From positions 10,218 through 74,217 of the forward strand of contig SVOL01000006.1 in NCBI GenBank assembly GCA_015066395.1: a stretch of 64,000 nt of DNA, in the 5' to 3' direction. This stretch comes from Oscillospiraceae bacterium. Its GTDB lineage: Bacteria; Bacillota; Clostridia; Oscillospirales; Acutalibacteraceae. Below the pieces are notes generated by a model that did not search any database, was not told the origin of the DNA, and was given only the letters and a program-made list of their open reading frames with translations. Position numbers and translations under genes: made by a program. This document shows positions 30,254 to 38,059 of this stretch, one piece after another (the first letter of the stretch is position 1; each line of letters opens with the position of its first letter).

Positions 30254-31057
30254 ATGAAAAACAAAAGACTAATAATTATAATTATCTGCGTAATGCTATG
30301 CATCTGCACAGCCATTATCGGCATAACTGTCCACATCTATAAAAACGATGTATTCTTTAATCTTTCCGTAGAAGAAAAGCAACAATTTCGCGAGGCTGAA
30401 AGAACAGTGCATAAATATGCCGATTGGAATAACATCGACCGTTCAGAATGGCCCGATGAATTGATCTTATTGTTAAGCCGCAACGAGGAAACGAAGGATT
30501 TTGTTCTCTCCTACCCCGACCGAAAAACGTACACATCGGAACCTGATATGTCACTTTATCTAAACTCGGGATCAGTACCTCTTTTTATGCAATGGGATAA
30601 ACGCTGGGGTTATAAGAAGTACGGCAGTAGTGTAGCAGGAATTACCGGCTGCGGTCCTGTCTGCCTTTCCATGGCGGCAACATATCTTTTAAACAACTGC
30701 GACTACTCACCCAACAAAATGATCGACTTCGCGATAAATGAGGGCTACTGTTCAAACGGTAACGGCTCGGAATGGGCATTGATAAGTGAGGGCGGTAAGA
30801 AATTAGGACTTGACGTTGCCGAACTTCCGCTTGTGGAAAGCAGGATCAGGAATGCTTTAAAAGCAGATCATCCTGTTATATGTGTTATGGGACCCGGTGA
30901 CTTTACCACCAGCGGACATTTCATAATCATAACAGCTGTCGATAACGGAATGTACCGTGTAAACGACCCCAACAGTCTTGCAAACTCGCAGAAACTTTGG
31001 AATTACAAAACCTTGGAACCGCAGATCAAAAACCTATGGGAATTGAGCATCGGTTAG
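30254..31057 (+). CDS. membrane-anchored C39-like (Peptidase_C39_2) cysteine peptidase domain protein
   Basis: N-terminal TM anchor. ...GITGCGPVCLSMAATYL (Cys) and TTSGHFIIIT (His) signatures. Confidence 0.7.
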   Translation: MKNKRLIIIIICVMLCICTAIIGITVHIYKNDVFFNLSVEEKQQFREAERTVHKYADWNNIDRSEWPDELILLLSRNEETKDFVLSYPDRKTYTSEPDMSLYLNSGSVPLFMQWDKRWGYKKYGSSVAGITGCGPVCLSMAATYLLNNCDYSPNKMIDFAINEGYCSNGNGSEWALISEGGKKLGLDVAELPLVESRIRNALKADHPVICVMGPGDFTTSGHFIIITAVDNGMYRVNDPNSLANSQKLWNYKTLEPQIKNLWELSIG

Positions 31058-32466
31058 ACCGTTTCGACCTTTATCATATTGGTCGTTCCCGAGATGCCGT
31101 TGGTCGTGCCGCCCGTTATGACGATTTTATCACCGCTTTCCAAACCGAACACCTCAACTGAGCGTTTCTTTGCGGTATAAAACAGCACGTCGGTCGACTC
31201 GTAGACCTCACACATCACCGGCGTCACTCCCCAAGAAAGAGCCAGTTTATACCAAGTCCTCTCGTCGATTGTCACTCCCAGAATGTCTACCGGCGAGCGA
31301 AAACGCGAGACCATCCGCGCCGTCATTCCCGACAGCGAGCAAACGGCAATGACCTTTGCATCAATATCAATAGCCATTCCGCAGGTCGCGTGGGAAATAG
31401 CGTCGACCATATTCTTTATCTGAAACTGATTTGTACGGAAGCGCTTGCTATAATGAATGTTATTTTCAGTCTGCTCAGCAATACGTGACATCGTTTTGAC
31501 AGTCAGCACCGGATATTTACCCGCAGCCGTCTCACCCGACAGCATTATTGCACTCGTTCCGTCATAGACGGCATTGGCTACGTCGGATATCTCAGCTCTC
31601 GTCGGCCTCGGCTTGGTCATCATCGACTCAAGCATCTCGGTCGCGGTTATTACCCGTTTGCCTAAAAGGCGGCACTTTGTTATCAGCTTCTTTTGAATAG
31701 CCGGTAATTGCTCAAACGGTATCTCAACACCCATATCACCGCGCGCCACCATAATTCCCGCACACTCGGAGCATATCTCGTCGATGTTTTCGACACCGCT
31801 TCGGTTTTCGATTTTTGCAATTAGCTCAATGTTCTCACCGCCGTTGGCATTTACAAACGATTTGACATCCAGAAGATCCTGACGGCAGGACACAAACGAG
31901 CAGGCTATAAAATCGACTCCCTGCTCAATTCCGAACCGTATATCTTCCTTGTCCTGCTCGCTTAAGTATTTCTGTTTGAGCACTTTCCCCGGGAAACTCA
32001 TACTCTTTCGATTAGTAAGCTCACCGCCGCTTAAGACCTCGCATATAATATCGTGACCTCGCACTTCCTTAACCCCGAAGATCAAAAGACCGTTGTTAAG
32101 CAGTATCCTGTCCCCTACGCTCAGTTCATCGGTAAGCCCTTGATAACTCACCGAAACCCTTTCCTCATCGCCCTCAATGTCATCGGTAGTAAAGATAAAG
32201 ACATCGCCGTCTTTTAGGGTAATACCGCCGTTTTTAAATGTTTTAATTCTGTATTCCGGACCCTTTGTATCAAGCATGATCGCAATAGGAAGACCCAACT
32301 CTTTTCTGGCCGCCTTGATATTATTTATCGTCTCAAGATGCTCGGAATGAGTACCGTGTGAGAAGTTGAGTCTCGCCACATTCATTCCGGCTAAACACAT
32401 TTCCTTTAATGTTTCCACATCTTTGCAGGCAGGTCCTACCGTGCAAACAATTTTAGTCTTACGCAT
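31054..32466 (-). CDS. pyk: pyruvate kinase
   Basis: MRKTKIVCTVGPA... start at 32466. Canonical PK motifs (MVARGDMGVEIP). Confidence 0.95.
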   Translation of the reverse strand: MRKTKIVCTVGPACKDVETLKEMCLAGMNVARLNFSHGTHSEHLETINNIKAARKELGLPIAIMLDTKGPEYRIKTFKNGGITLKDGDVFIFTTDDIEGDEERVSVSYQGLTDELSVGDRILLNNGLLIFGVKEVRGHDIICEVLSGGELTNRKSMSFPGKVLKQKYLSEQDKEDIRFGIEQGVDFIACSFVSCRQDLLDVKSFVNANGGENIELIAKIENRSGVENIDEICSECAGIMVARGDMGVEIPFEQLPAIQKKLITKCRLLGKRVITATEMLESMMTKPRPTRAEISDVANAVYDGTSAIMLSGETAAGKYPVLTVKTMSRIAEQTENNIHYSKRFRTNQFQIKNMVDAISHATCGMAIDIDAKVIAVCSLSGMTARMVSRFRSPVDILGVTIDERTWYKLALSWGVTPVMCEVYESTDVLFYTAKKRSVEVFGLESGDKIVITGGTTNGISGTTNMIKVETV

Positions 32467-32614
32467 AATTACTCCTTCGAATAAAAAATAGACCGTTGCT
32501 TTATGCCACAAAGGGAATTAGAATAAAGCATTTTTAAATATCAGTAATATTCTTACCCTTTAAAGCCCGAATCCAACAAATAAAATAAAAGTTTTGTCAG
32601 AACAAAAAAATGTG

Positions 32615-32642
32615 TTGACAAAAGCGACAATTATGATATAAT
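32615..32642 (+). promoter_or_regulatory. sigma-A promoter for the tRNA pair (TTGACA-16-TGaTATAAT)
   Basis: -35 at 32615-32620. Extended -10 at 32634-32642. Confidence 0.6.
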
Positions 32643-32666
32643 AATGGTTGTCGCTAGACAAAATGT

Positions 32667-32743
32667 GGGCCTTTAGCTCAGTTGGTTAGAGCACCCGGCT
32701 CATAACCGGTAGGTCCCGGGTTCAAGTCCCTGAAGGCCCACCA
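32667..32743 (+). tRNA. tRNA with CAT anticodon (elongator Met or lysidine-type Ile2; resembles Ile2)
   Basis: 77 nt cloverleaf. Acceptor GGGCCTT/AAGGCCC, loop CT-CAT-AA, encoded CCA. The 5' half GGGCCTTTAGCTCAGTTGGTTAGAGC resembles Ile2(CAU) tRNAs. One mismatch each in the anticodon and T stems. Confidence 0.85.
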
Positions 32744-32749
32744 CATTAT

Positions 32750-32824
32750 AGGGGTATGGTGTCAACGGTAGCACACCGGTCTCCAAAACCGTTTGTGAGG
32801 GTTCGAATCCTTCTACCCCTGCCA
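32750..32824 (+). tRNA. tRNA-Trp (CCA)
   Basis: Acceptor AGGGGTA/TACCCCT, anticodon loop CT-CCA-AA, T-loop GGTTCGAATCC, encoded CCA. Confidence 0.9.
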
Positions 32825-32826
32825 AA

Positions 32827-32865
32827 AAGAAACGACAATTTTCGACAGAAGATTGTCGTTTCTTT
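32827..32865 (+). terminator. intrinsic terminator after tRNA-Trp
   Basis: 12-bp stem AGAAACGACAAT / ATTGTCGTTTCT followed by a T-run. Confidence 0.75.
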
Positions 32866-32958
32866 TTGTTCTTTTCACTTTTCTCTTTTCGTTCTTCTCT
32901 CTTCTCTCAAATTGTCGTTTCCAGAGAAAAGATAAGAGAGAAAAGAGAAGAGAAAAGG
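32866..32958. repeat. long imperfect inverted repeat of a polypyrimidine tract and its polypurine complement
   Basis: CT-rich 32871-32907 pairs with GA-rich 32923-32958 (about 30 of 36 positions including G-T). The loop carries a second copy of ATTGTCGTTTC (32911-32921), which duplicates the terminator 3' arm. Confidence 0.7.
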
Positions 32959-32974
32959 CAGCTTTGCTTTGCAA

Positions 32975-33089
32975 GTGATATTGGGCTTCGCCCAGTTTTG
33001 GCGGCGAATATAATATCACTGAAACCGTAGGTTTCAATATCACATTTTGCGTAACAAAATATATCACTCCGCCGAAGACGGAATATCAC
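32975..33089. repeat. heptamer-punctuated hairpin array A (GTGATAT x1, ATATCAC x4)
   Basis: ATATCAC at 33013, 33037, 33061 and 33083, with an inverted copy at 32975. These are separated by unrelated hairpins at 32982-32994, 33020-33036, 33044-33060 and 33068-33082. Confidence 0.85.
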
Positions 33090-33207
33090 TTAAAACTAAC
33101 GGTTATGTAAGAATTCGAATCCATACGCAAAAACGCCAAAATAACTGTATATCGTTATACCGACTTTTCACGCATTTTTTCAGGGCAAAGCAACAAAAAT
33201 CACCCCC

Positions 33208-33236
33208 TTGCCATTTTATATCGTATGTGTTATAAT
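33208..33236 (+). promoter_or_regulatory. sigma-A promoter (TTGCCA-17-TATAAT with TGn extension)
   Basis: -35 at 33208-33213 and -10 at 33231-33236. 22 nt upstream of the ATG at 33259. Confidence 0.55.
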
Positions 33237-33258
33237 CATAGGCAAAGGAGGGTCGATA

Positions 33259-33609
33259 ATGTCGAAGTTTCATAAGATGCTGATTGCAAGCGGTCATTGC
33301 GACAAGCGCGGTGCTGCTTTTTGTGCCACAGCAAACAAACTTCCCCGAGGCGAATACGGTATGGTCGCACTTTGCATAAAAGACAATATGCTTAATCTGT
33401 ACGATGTCGATATCCGCCGCAATATCGGCACCCTTCTATATCAAATCAAATTAAGTGATGTCAAACGCTTAAAGGCACATCGCTTTTTTCTCTGCCGCTC
33501 ATTGTGGTTCGTTTACCAGGGCTACGAATATTCCTTTAACCATCTGATTGCCGCCCGACGCTCACTAAAGGTAATTCAAGAGGAATACAATAAGCAGTTT
33601 TCCAAATAA
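33259..33609 (+). CDS. hypothetical protein
   Basis: 116 aa from ATG 33259 (AAAGGAGGG RBS). No recognisable motif. Own promoter and terminator. Confidence 0.5.
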   Translation: MSKFHKMLIASGHCDKRGAAFCATANKLPRGEYGMVALCIKDNMLNLYDVDIRRNIGTLLYQIKLSDVKRLKAHRFFLCRSLWFVYQGYEYSFNHLIAARRSLKVIQEEYNKQFSK

Positions 33610-33653
33610 ATGTACATAGAGTTAACAGTGAGTCTGTTTGTGCTGATCATTTC

Positions 33654-33685
33654 AAAAGCCTCAACGATTTTTCGTTGAGGCTTTT
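33654..33685. terminator. bidirectional intrinsic terminator
   Basis: AAAAGCCTCAACG atttt CGTTGAGGCTTTT. Confidence 0.75.
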
Positions 33686-33693
33686 ACTTTGTT

Positions 33694-34353
33694 TTACAGT
33701 AATACAAAACGATTCTTATGACAGTCGATAATGCCCTCTTTTCGCAGTTTGCTGATCTCGGCCGACAATCCGCTTCTATCGACCTCTAAATAATCAGCTA
33801 ACTCCTGTCGGTCAAAGTTGATCACAAAGCTGTTGCAGTTAAAGTACTTTGACTGTGCATTAAGATACGCCAACAGCTTTTCGCGTGTTGTTCTTTTAGA
33901 TGTGACCGCAATACGCTCATGAAACTGAAGGGATTTTTTGGCAAGTGCTTTCATTAAATTGAATATCAACTGATGATGAAATCCGCATCCGTTTTGGCAA
34001 GTGTGTAATATATGCCCACAATCAATGAACATAACCTCGCACGGCTCATTGGCAATGACACTAACCGGCAATGACTCGACCTCGGCACAGGCAAATGCCT
34101 CACCGAACAATTCCGTAGCGCCGACGTTTTGGATAATGCTTCGGTTGCCGTAGAAATCAAGCTGAACGACCTGCGCCGAACCGCTTAAAATAATACCGAC
34201 ATACTTGGATCTGGAGCCTTCGGCAAAGATGGTATACTTTTTATCAAACACCTCAACCACAGCACCGAGACAACCAAGCATTCTCAGCAGGTCGTCATCG
34301 GCTATTCCGAAAAACAAAGGACATTTATTTAAAATATTTAAATATTTTTTCAA
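33694..34353 (-). CDS. Crp/Fnr family transcriptional regulator
   Basis: cNMP-binding domain followed by a C-terminal HTH (REKLLAYL...ELADYLEVDRSGLSAEISKLRKEGII). Start moved to TTG 34353 (AAAGGAG 6 nt upstream). Confidence 0.85.
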   Translation of the reverse strand: MKKYLNILNKCPLFFGIADDDLLRMLGCLGAVVEVFDKKYTIFAEGSRSKYVGIILSGSAQVVQLDFYGNRSIIQNVGATELFGEAFACAEVESLPVSVIANEPCEVMFIDCGHILHTCQNGCGFHHQLIFNLMKALAKKSLQFHERIAVTSKRTTREKLLAYLNAQSKYFNCNSFVINFDRQELADYLEVDRSGLSAEISKLRKEGIIDCHKNRFVLL

Positions 34354-34366
34354 TTTTTTCTCCTTT

Positions 34367-34382
34367 TGTTGAAAATTCAACA
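34367..34382. promoter_or_regulatory. 16-bp palindrome TGTTGAAA/ATTCAACA in the crp-ldhA divergent region (Rex- or Crp/Fnr-type operator candidate)
   Basis: 7/8 symmetric half-sites. Located between the Crp-family gene RBS and ldhA. Confidence 0.45.
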
Positions 34383-34437
34383 GAAATTTCAAACTAATTG
34401 TACTATACTAATAGCAGAAAAGCAAGGAGGAACTTTT

Positions 34438-35472
34438 ATGAAAATCGCTTTTTTTGATGCCAAACCCTATGACAAGCCGTCGTTTGAAAAATACGGTCAG
34501 CAATACTCGGTCAAATTCAAATACTTTGAGACCAAGTTAAACGAGGATACCGTTGACCTTGCAAACGGGTATGACGGGGTTTGCGTATTCGTGAACGACA
34601 CTATAAATGCGGCCGTTATTGACCGCTTAGCCGATATGGGAGTTAAGGTGCTTGCTCTTCGCTGTGCAGGCTTTAACAATGTTGATATGAAATACGCCTA
34701 CGGCAAGCTTCACGTTTTACGAGTTCCTGCCTACTCGCCGTATGCCGTGGCCGAGCATACCATGGCTTTACTGCTCACCTCAATAAGACGTATTCACAAA
34801 GCGTATTTGAGAACCCGTGATTTTAACTTCAGCTTAGCAGGAATGACCGGTTTTGACCTGCACGGCAAGACCGTCGGAGTCATCGGCACCGGTAAGATCG
34901 GCCGTGTGTTTATCGACATCTGCCGCGGTTTCGGTATGAAGGTCTTAGCCTATGACAAATTTCCTGCCTCAGATCTCGACAACGGCGACACTGTAAAGTA
35001 CGTTGAGTTAGACGAGTTGTTCAGAAACAGTGACATCATCTCGCTTCATTGCCCGTTGACTGAGGAGACCTACCACATCGTTAACGAAGACTCGTTGAAT
35101 AAGTGCAAGCGAGGTGTTGTGATTCTAAACACTTCACGCGGTGCATTGGTCGATGCGGAAGCTTTGTTGGCCGGTATCAAATCCCGCCAAGTCGGAGCCG
35201 CCTGCCTAGATGTTTACGAAGAGGAGTCTGACCTTTTCTTCGAAGACAACTCGGGTCATATTATGGAAGATGACACTCTGGCAAGACTCATCTCGATGCC
35301 CAACGTCATCGTCACCTCGCACCAGGCTTTTTTGACCGAAGAGGCTTTGGAAAACATCGCTGAAACGACCGTCAAAAACATTGTCGGTTTCTTTGAAACT
35401 CAGCAATGCCCCAACGAGCTCTGCTATCGCGGCGGCAGTGCAGAAGACTGCAAAAACGGCAAATGCTTTTAA
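34438..35472 (+). CDS. ldhA: D-lactate dehydrogenase (D-isomer 2-hydroxyacid dehydrogenase) with a Cys-rich C-terminal extension
   Basis: MKIAFFDAKPYD... GTGKIG NAD motif. ...CPNEL as at the E. coli LdhA C-terminus, followed by an extra CYRGGSAEDCKNGKCF. Confidence 0.9.
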   Translation: MKIAFFDAKPYDKPSFEKYGQQYSVKFKYFETKLNEDTVDLANGYDGVCVFVNDTINAAVIDRLADMGVKVLALRCAGFNNVDMKYAYGKLHVLRVPAYSPYAVAEHTMALLLTSIRRIHKAYLRTRDFNFSLAGMTGFDLHGKTVGVIGTGKIGRVFIDICRGFGMKVLAYDKFPASDLDNGDTVKYVELDELFRNSDIISLHCPLTEETYHIVNEDSLNKCKRGVVILNTSRGALVDAEALLAGIKSRQVGAACLDVYEEESDLFFEDNSGHIMEDDTLARLISMPNVIVTSHQAFLTEEALENIAETTVKNIVGFFETQQCPNELCYRGGSAEDCKNGKCF

Positions 35473-35485
35473 GAAAGGATATGGT

Positions 35486-36190
35486 ATGATAAGAAAAATT
35501 ATCAAAATAGATGAAACAAAATGCAACGGTTGCGGTGCTTGTGCCGCGGCTTGCCACGAAGGTGCTATTGAGATGGTGGACGGCAAAGCAAAGCTGACCC
35601 GCGAGGACTACTGCGACGGATTAGGCGACTGCCTGCCGGCCTGCCCTACCGATGCGATAAGCTTTGAGGAACGCGAGGCTCCCGCTTACAACGAAGCGGC
35701 GGTCTTAGCGGCAAAGTCTGCAAAATCGGGGAAAACGAACGGTACTCTTCCCTGCGGCTGTCCCGGTACAAACTCCAAGGCCATTAAACGTGAACCGTTG
35801 GCAGCAACTGCCAAATCGGCCGTCACAAGTCAGCTTTCACAGTGGCCGTGCCAGATAAAATTAGTGCCGGTAAACGCACCTTACTTTGACAACGCCAATC
35901 TACTTATAGCCGCCGACTGCACTGCCTTCGCATACGGAAATTTCCATAACGACTTTATCCGCAACCACATAACTCTTATCGGTTGCCCGAAGCTTGATGA
36001 AGGCGATTATGCCGAAAAACTGACTGCAATTCTCTCCAATAACAACATCAAGAGCCTTAAAATTGTCAGAATGGAAGTTCCTTGCTGCGGCGGAATCGAA
36101 AACGCGGCTAAAAGAGCGTTACTCAACAGCGGTAAATTTATTCCGTGGCAGGTCGTGACAATATCGACCGACGGAAAAATTATAGAATAA
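35486..36190 (+). CDS. 4Fe-4S dicluster domain protein with a Cys-containing C-terminal domain
   Basis: CNGCGACAAACHEGAI and CDGLGDCLPACP ferredoxin motifs. Later CGCPG and VPCCGG. Confidence 0.8.
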   Translation: MIRKIIKIDETKCNGCGACAAACHEGAIEMVDGKAKLTREDYCDGLGDCLPACPTDAISFEEREAPAYNEAAVLAAKSAKSGKTNGTLPCGCPGTNSKAIKREPLAATAKSAVTSQLSQWPCQIKLVPVNAPYFDNANLLIAADCTAFAYGNFHNDFIRNHITLIGCPKLDEGDYAEKLTAILSNNNIKSLKIVRMEVPCCGGIENAAKRALLNSGKFIPWQVVTISTDGKIIE

Positions 36191-36208
36191 AATTAAAGGA
36201 GAATTTTT

Positions 36209-36721
36209 ATGTTAAACCAAAAAGTACACAAATTACTCAACGAACAGATCAACAAGGAACTCTATTCAGCTTATCTTTACCTTGATTTTTCCAACTATTT
36301 CAAGGCTGCAGGACTTGACGGCTTTGCCAATTGGTATATGATCCAGGCTCAGGAAGAACGCGACCACGCAATGCTGTTCTATACCTATTTGCAGAACGAG
36401 AATATGCCCGTGACCTTGGAAGCTATCGACAAGCCCGACAAGGTTTTGGACAGCCACATGGCGGTACTCAAAGCAGGTCTCGAGCACGAAATGTATGTAA
36501 CTTCTTTGATCAACGACATCTACGGTGCGGCCTATGACGTCAGAGATTTCCGCACAATGCAGTTTTTGGATTGGTTCGTTAAAGAGCAGGGCGAAGAGGA
36601 AACCAACGCCAACGACCTCATTTCCAAGATGGAGTTGTTCGGCTCCGATCCCAAGAGCCTCTATATGCTCAATCAAGAGTTAGCCGCACGTGTCTACTCT
36701 GCCCCGTCGCTGGTGTTATAA
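36209..36721 (+). CDS. ftn: ferritin
   Basis: 170 aa. LLNEQINKELYSAYLYL... and QAQEERDHA ferroxidase-centre pattern. Confidence 0.9.
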   Translation: MLNQKVHKLLNEQINKELYSAYLYLDFSNYFKAAGLDGFANWYMIQAQEERDHAMLFYTYLQNENMPVTLEAIDKPDKVLDSHMAVLKAGLEHEMYVTSLINDIYGAAYDVRDFRTMQFLDWFVKEQGEEETNANDLISKMELFGSDPKSLYMLNQELAARVYSAPSLVL

Positions 36722-36745
36722 GTACCGCTATAATCGAAACAATAA

Positions 36746-36784
36746 CGAAACAACCGCCTGAGACAATCTCAGGCGGTTGTTTCG
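36746..36784. terminator. bidirectional terminator (17-bp stem) between ftn and tyrS
   Basis: CGAAACAACCGCCTGAG acaat CTCAGGCGGTTGTTTCG. Confidence 0.75.
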
Positions 36785-37999
36785 TTATTTAAATATAAAC
36801 TTTACAAATCGCTTTTTACCGATTTTCATCACATCATTATTATGCAACACGGTGTTTACATCGTCCCCGGCAACTTTATTGCTATTTAGTTGTACTCCTC
36901 CCTGTTTTACAAGACGCAAAAACTCACTTCTGCTCTTTACATATCCTTCAGAAATCAACTCCGGTACAACTTCTGACAGTGTTGTGATGTTGTTTTGTAT
37001 GAACAACTCCGGTATATCATCAGGGATAGCCTTTTTTGCAAACGCATTTTCGTAGTATAAAATCGCCTTTTGCACATTTTCCTCTGAATGATATAATCCC
37101 GTAATTACTTCTGCTAACCTCAACTTAATATCACGAGGATTTGCGCCGTTTTCCAATTCCTTACGAATGCCGTCAACGGTATCAGGGTGTTCATCGGTCG
37201 CAAGTTCAAAGTATTTAATAATCAAACTATCCGGAATTTCCATAACCTTTTTGAACATCACTTCGGGCAGCTCGTTGACGCCGATATAATTTCCAAGACT
37301 TTTGCTCATTTTCTCTACACCATCAATGCCTTCTAAAATCGGCACAAACAGTGCCACTTGCTGTTCCTGCCCCATTGATTTTTGAAGAGTACGACCCATA
37401 AGCACATTGAAGGTTTGATCGGTGCCACCAAGTTCAACGTCAGCTTTAAGTTCAACAGAATCATACGCCTGCATCAAAGGATAAAAGAATTCGTGTATGC
37501 CGATGGGAACATTGTTTCTGTAGCGGTTTTGAAAATCATCTCTTTCCAGCATCCGTGCTACAGTGGTTGTTGCGCCCAACTTAAGAACGTCTTCAAAACA
37601 TAGTTTTGACAACCACTCGCTATTGAAACGCACTATTGTCTTTTCTTTGTTGATCACCTTAAAAATCTGCTCACAGTAAGTAACGGCGTTTTCTTTAACC
37701 TGTTCGTCTGTAAGTGCTACGCGACCTTTGGATTTACCGGTAGGATCACCGATTTTACCAGTGAAGTCTCCTATGACGATTACCGCCAGGTGACCAAGTT
37801 CCTGCATCTGCCGAATTTTTCGTAATACGACAGCATGACCTAAATGGATATCAGGTGCCGACGGGTCAAGGCCCAATTTGATAATGAGGGGTTGGTTTTT
37901 TTCGATTGATCTTTCGAGTTTGGTAAACAGTTCATCCTCGCTTACACAGGTTTGCACACCTTTACAAATGATGCGCAGTTGTTCTTGTGCGGATAGCAT
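36785..37999 (-). CDS. tyrS: tyrosine--tRNA ligase
   Basis: 404 aa. HLGH (PDIHLGHAV) and KMSKS motifs. C-terminal S4-like domain. Tyr T-box upstream. Confidence 0.95.
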   Translation of the reverse strand: MLSAQEQLRIICKGVQTCVSEDELFTKLERSIEKNQPLIIKLGLDPSAPDIHLGHAVVLRKIRQMQELGHLAVIVIGDFTGKIGDPTGKSKGRVALTDEQVKENAVTYCEQIFKVINKEKTIVRFNSEWLSKLCFEDVLKLGATTTVARMLERDDFQNRYRNNVPIGIHEFFYPLMQAYDSVELKADVELGGTDQTFNVLMGRTLQKSMGQEQQVALFVPILEGIDGVEKMSKSLGNYIGVNELPEVMFKKVMEIPDSLIIKYFELATDEHPDTVDGIRKELENGANPRDIKLRLAEVITGLYHSEENVQKAILYYENAFAKKAIPDDIPELFIQNNITTLSEVVPELISEGYVKSRSEFLRLVKQGGVQLNSNKVAGDDVNTVLHNNDVMKIGKKRFVKFIFK

Positions 38000-38059
38000 A
38001 ACTTTGGTCTCCTTTTGTTTTATTAACTAAACATTTGCATTAAGTAAGAAAGTTATAAA

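Noticed and set aside
32813-33089. 84-aa and 60-aa minus-strand ORFs after tRNA-Trp
   Set aside because: They are read through the polypurine/polypyrimidine inverted repeat and the heptamer array. They have low-complexity K/R/E composition and no RBS.
32975-33089. Hairpin arrays considered as a CRISPR array
   Set aside because: The constant units are only 7-9 nt. The variable units are 11-17 nt and are themselves palindromic. There are only 4-6 units, and no cas genes are in the window.
33108-33130. TTCGAATCC (33114-33122), identical to the tRNA-Trp T-loop segment, as a possible att or pseudo-tRNA remnant
   Set aside because: It is only a 9-nt match. The flanks cannot form a T-stem, and it overlaps a GAATTC palindrome. 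That is too weak to call.
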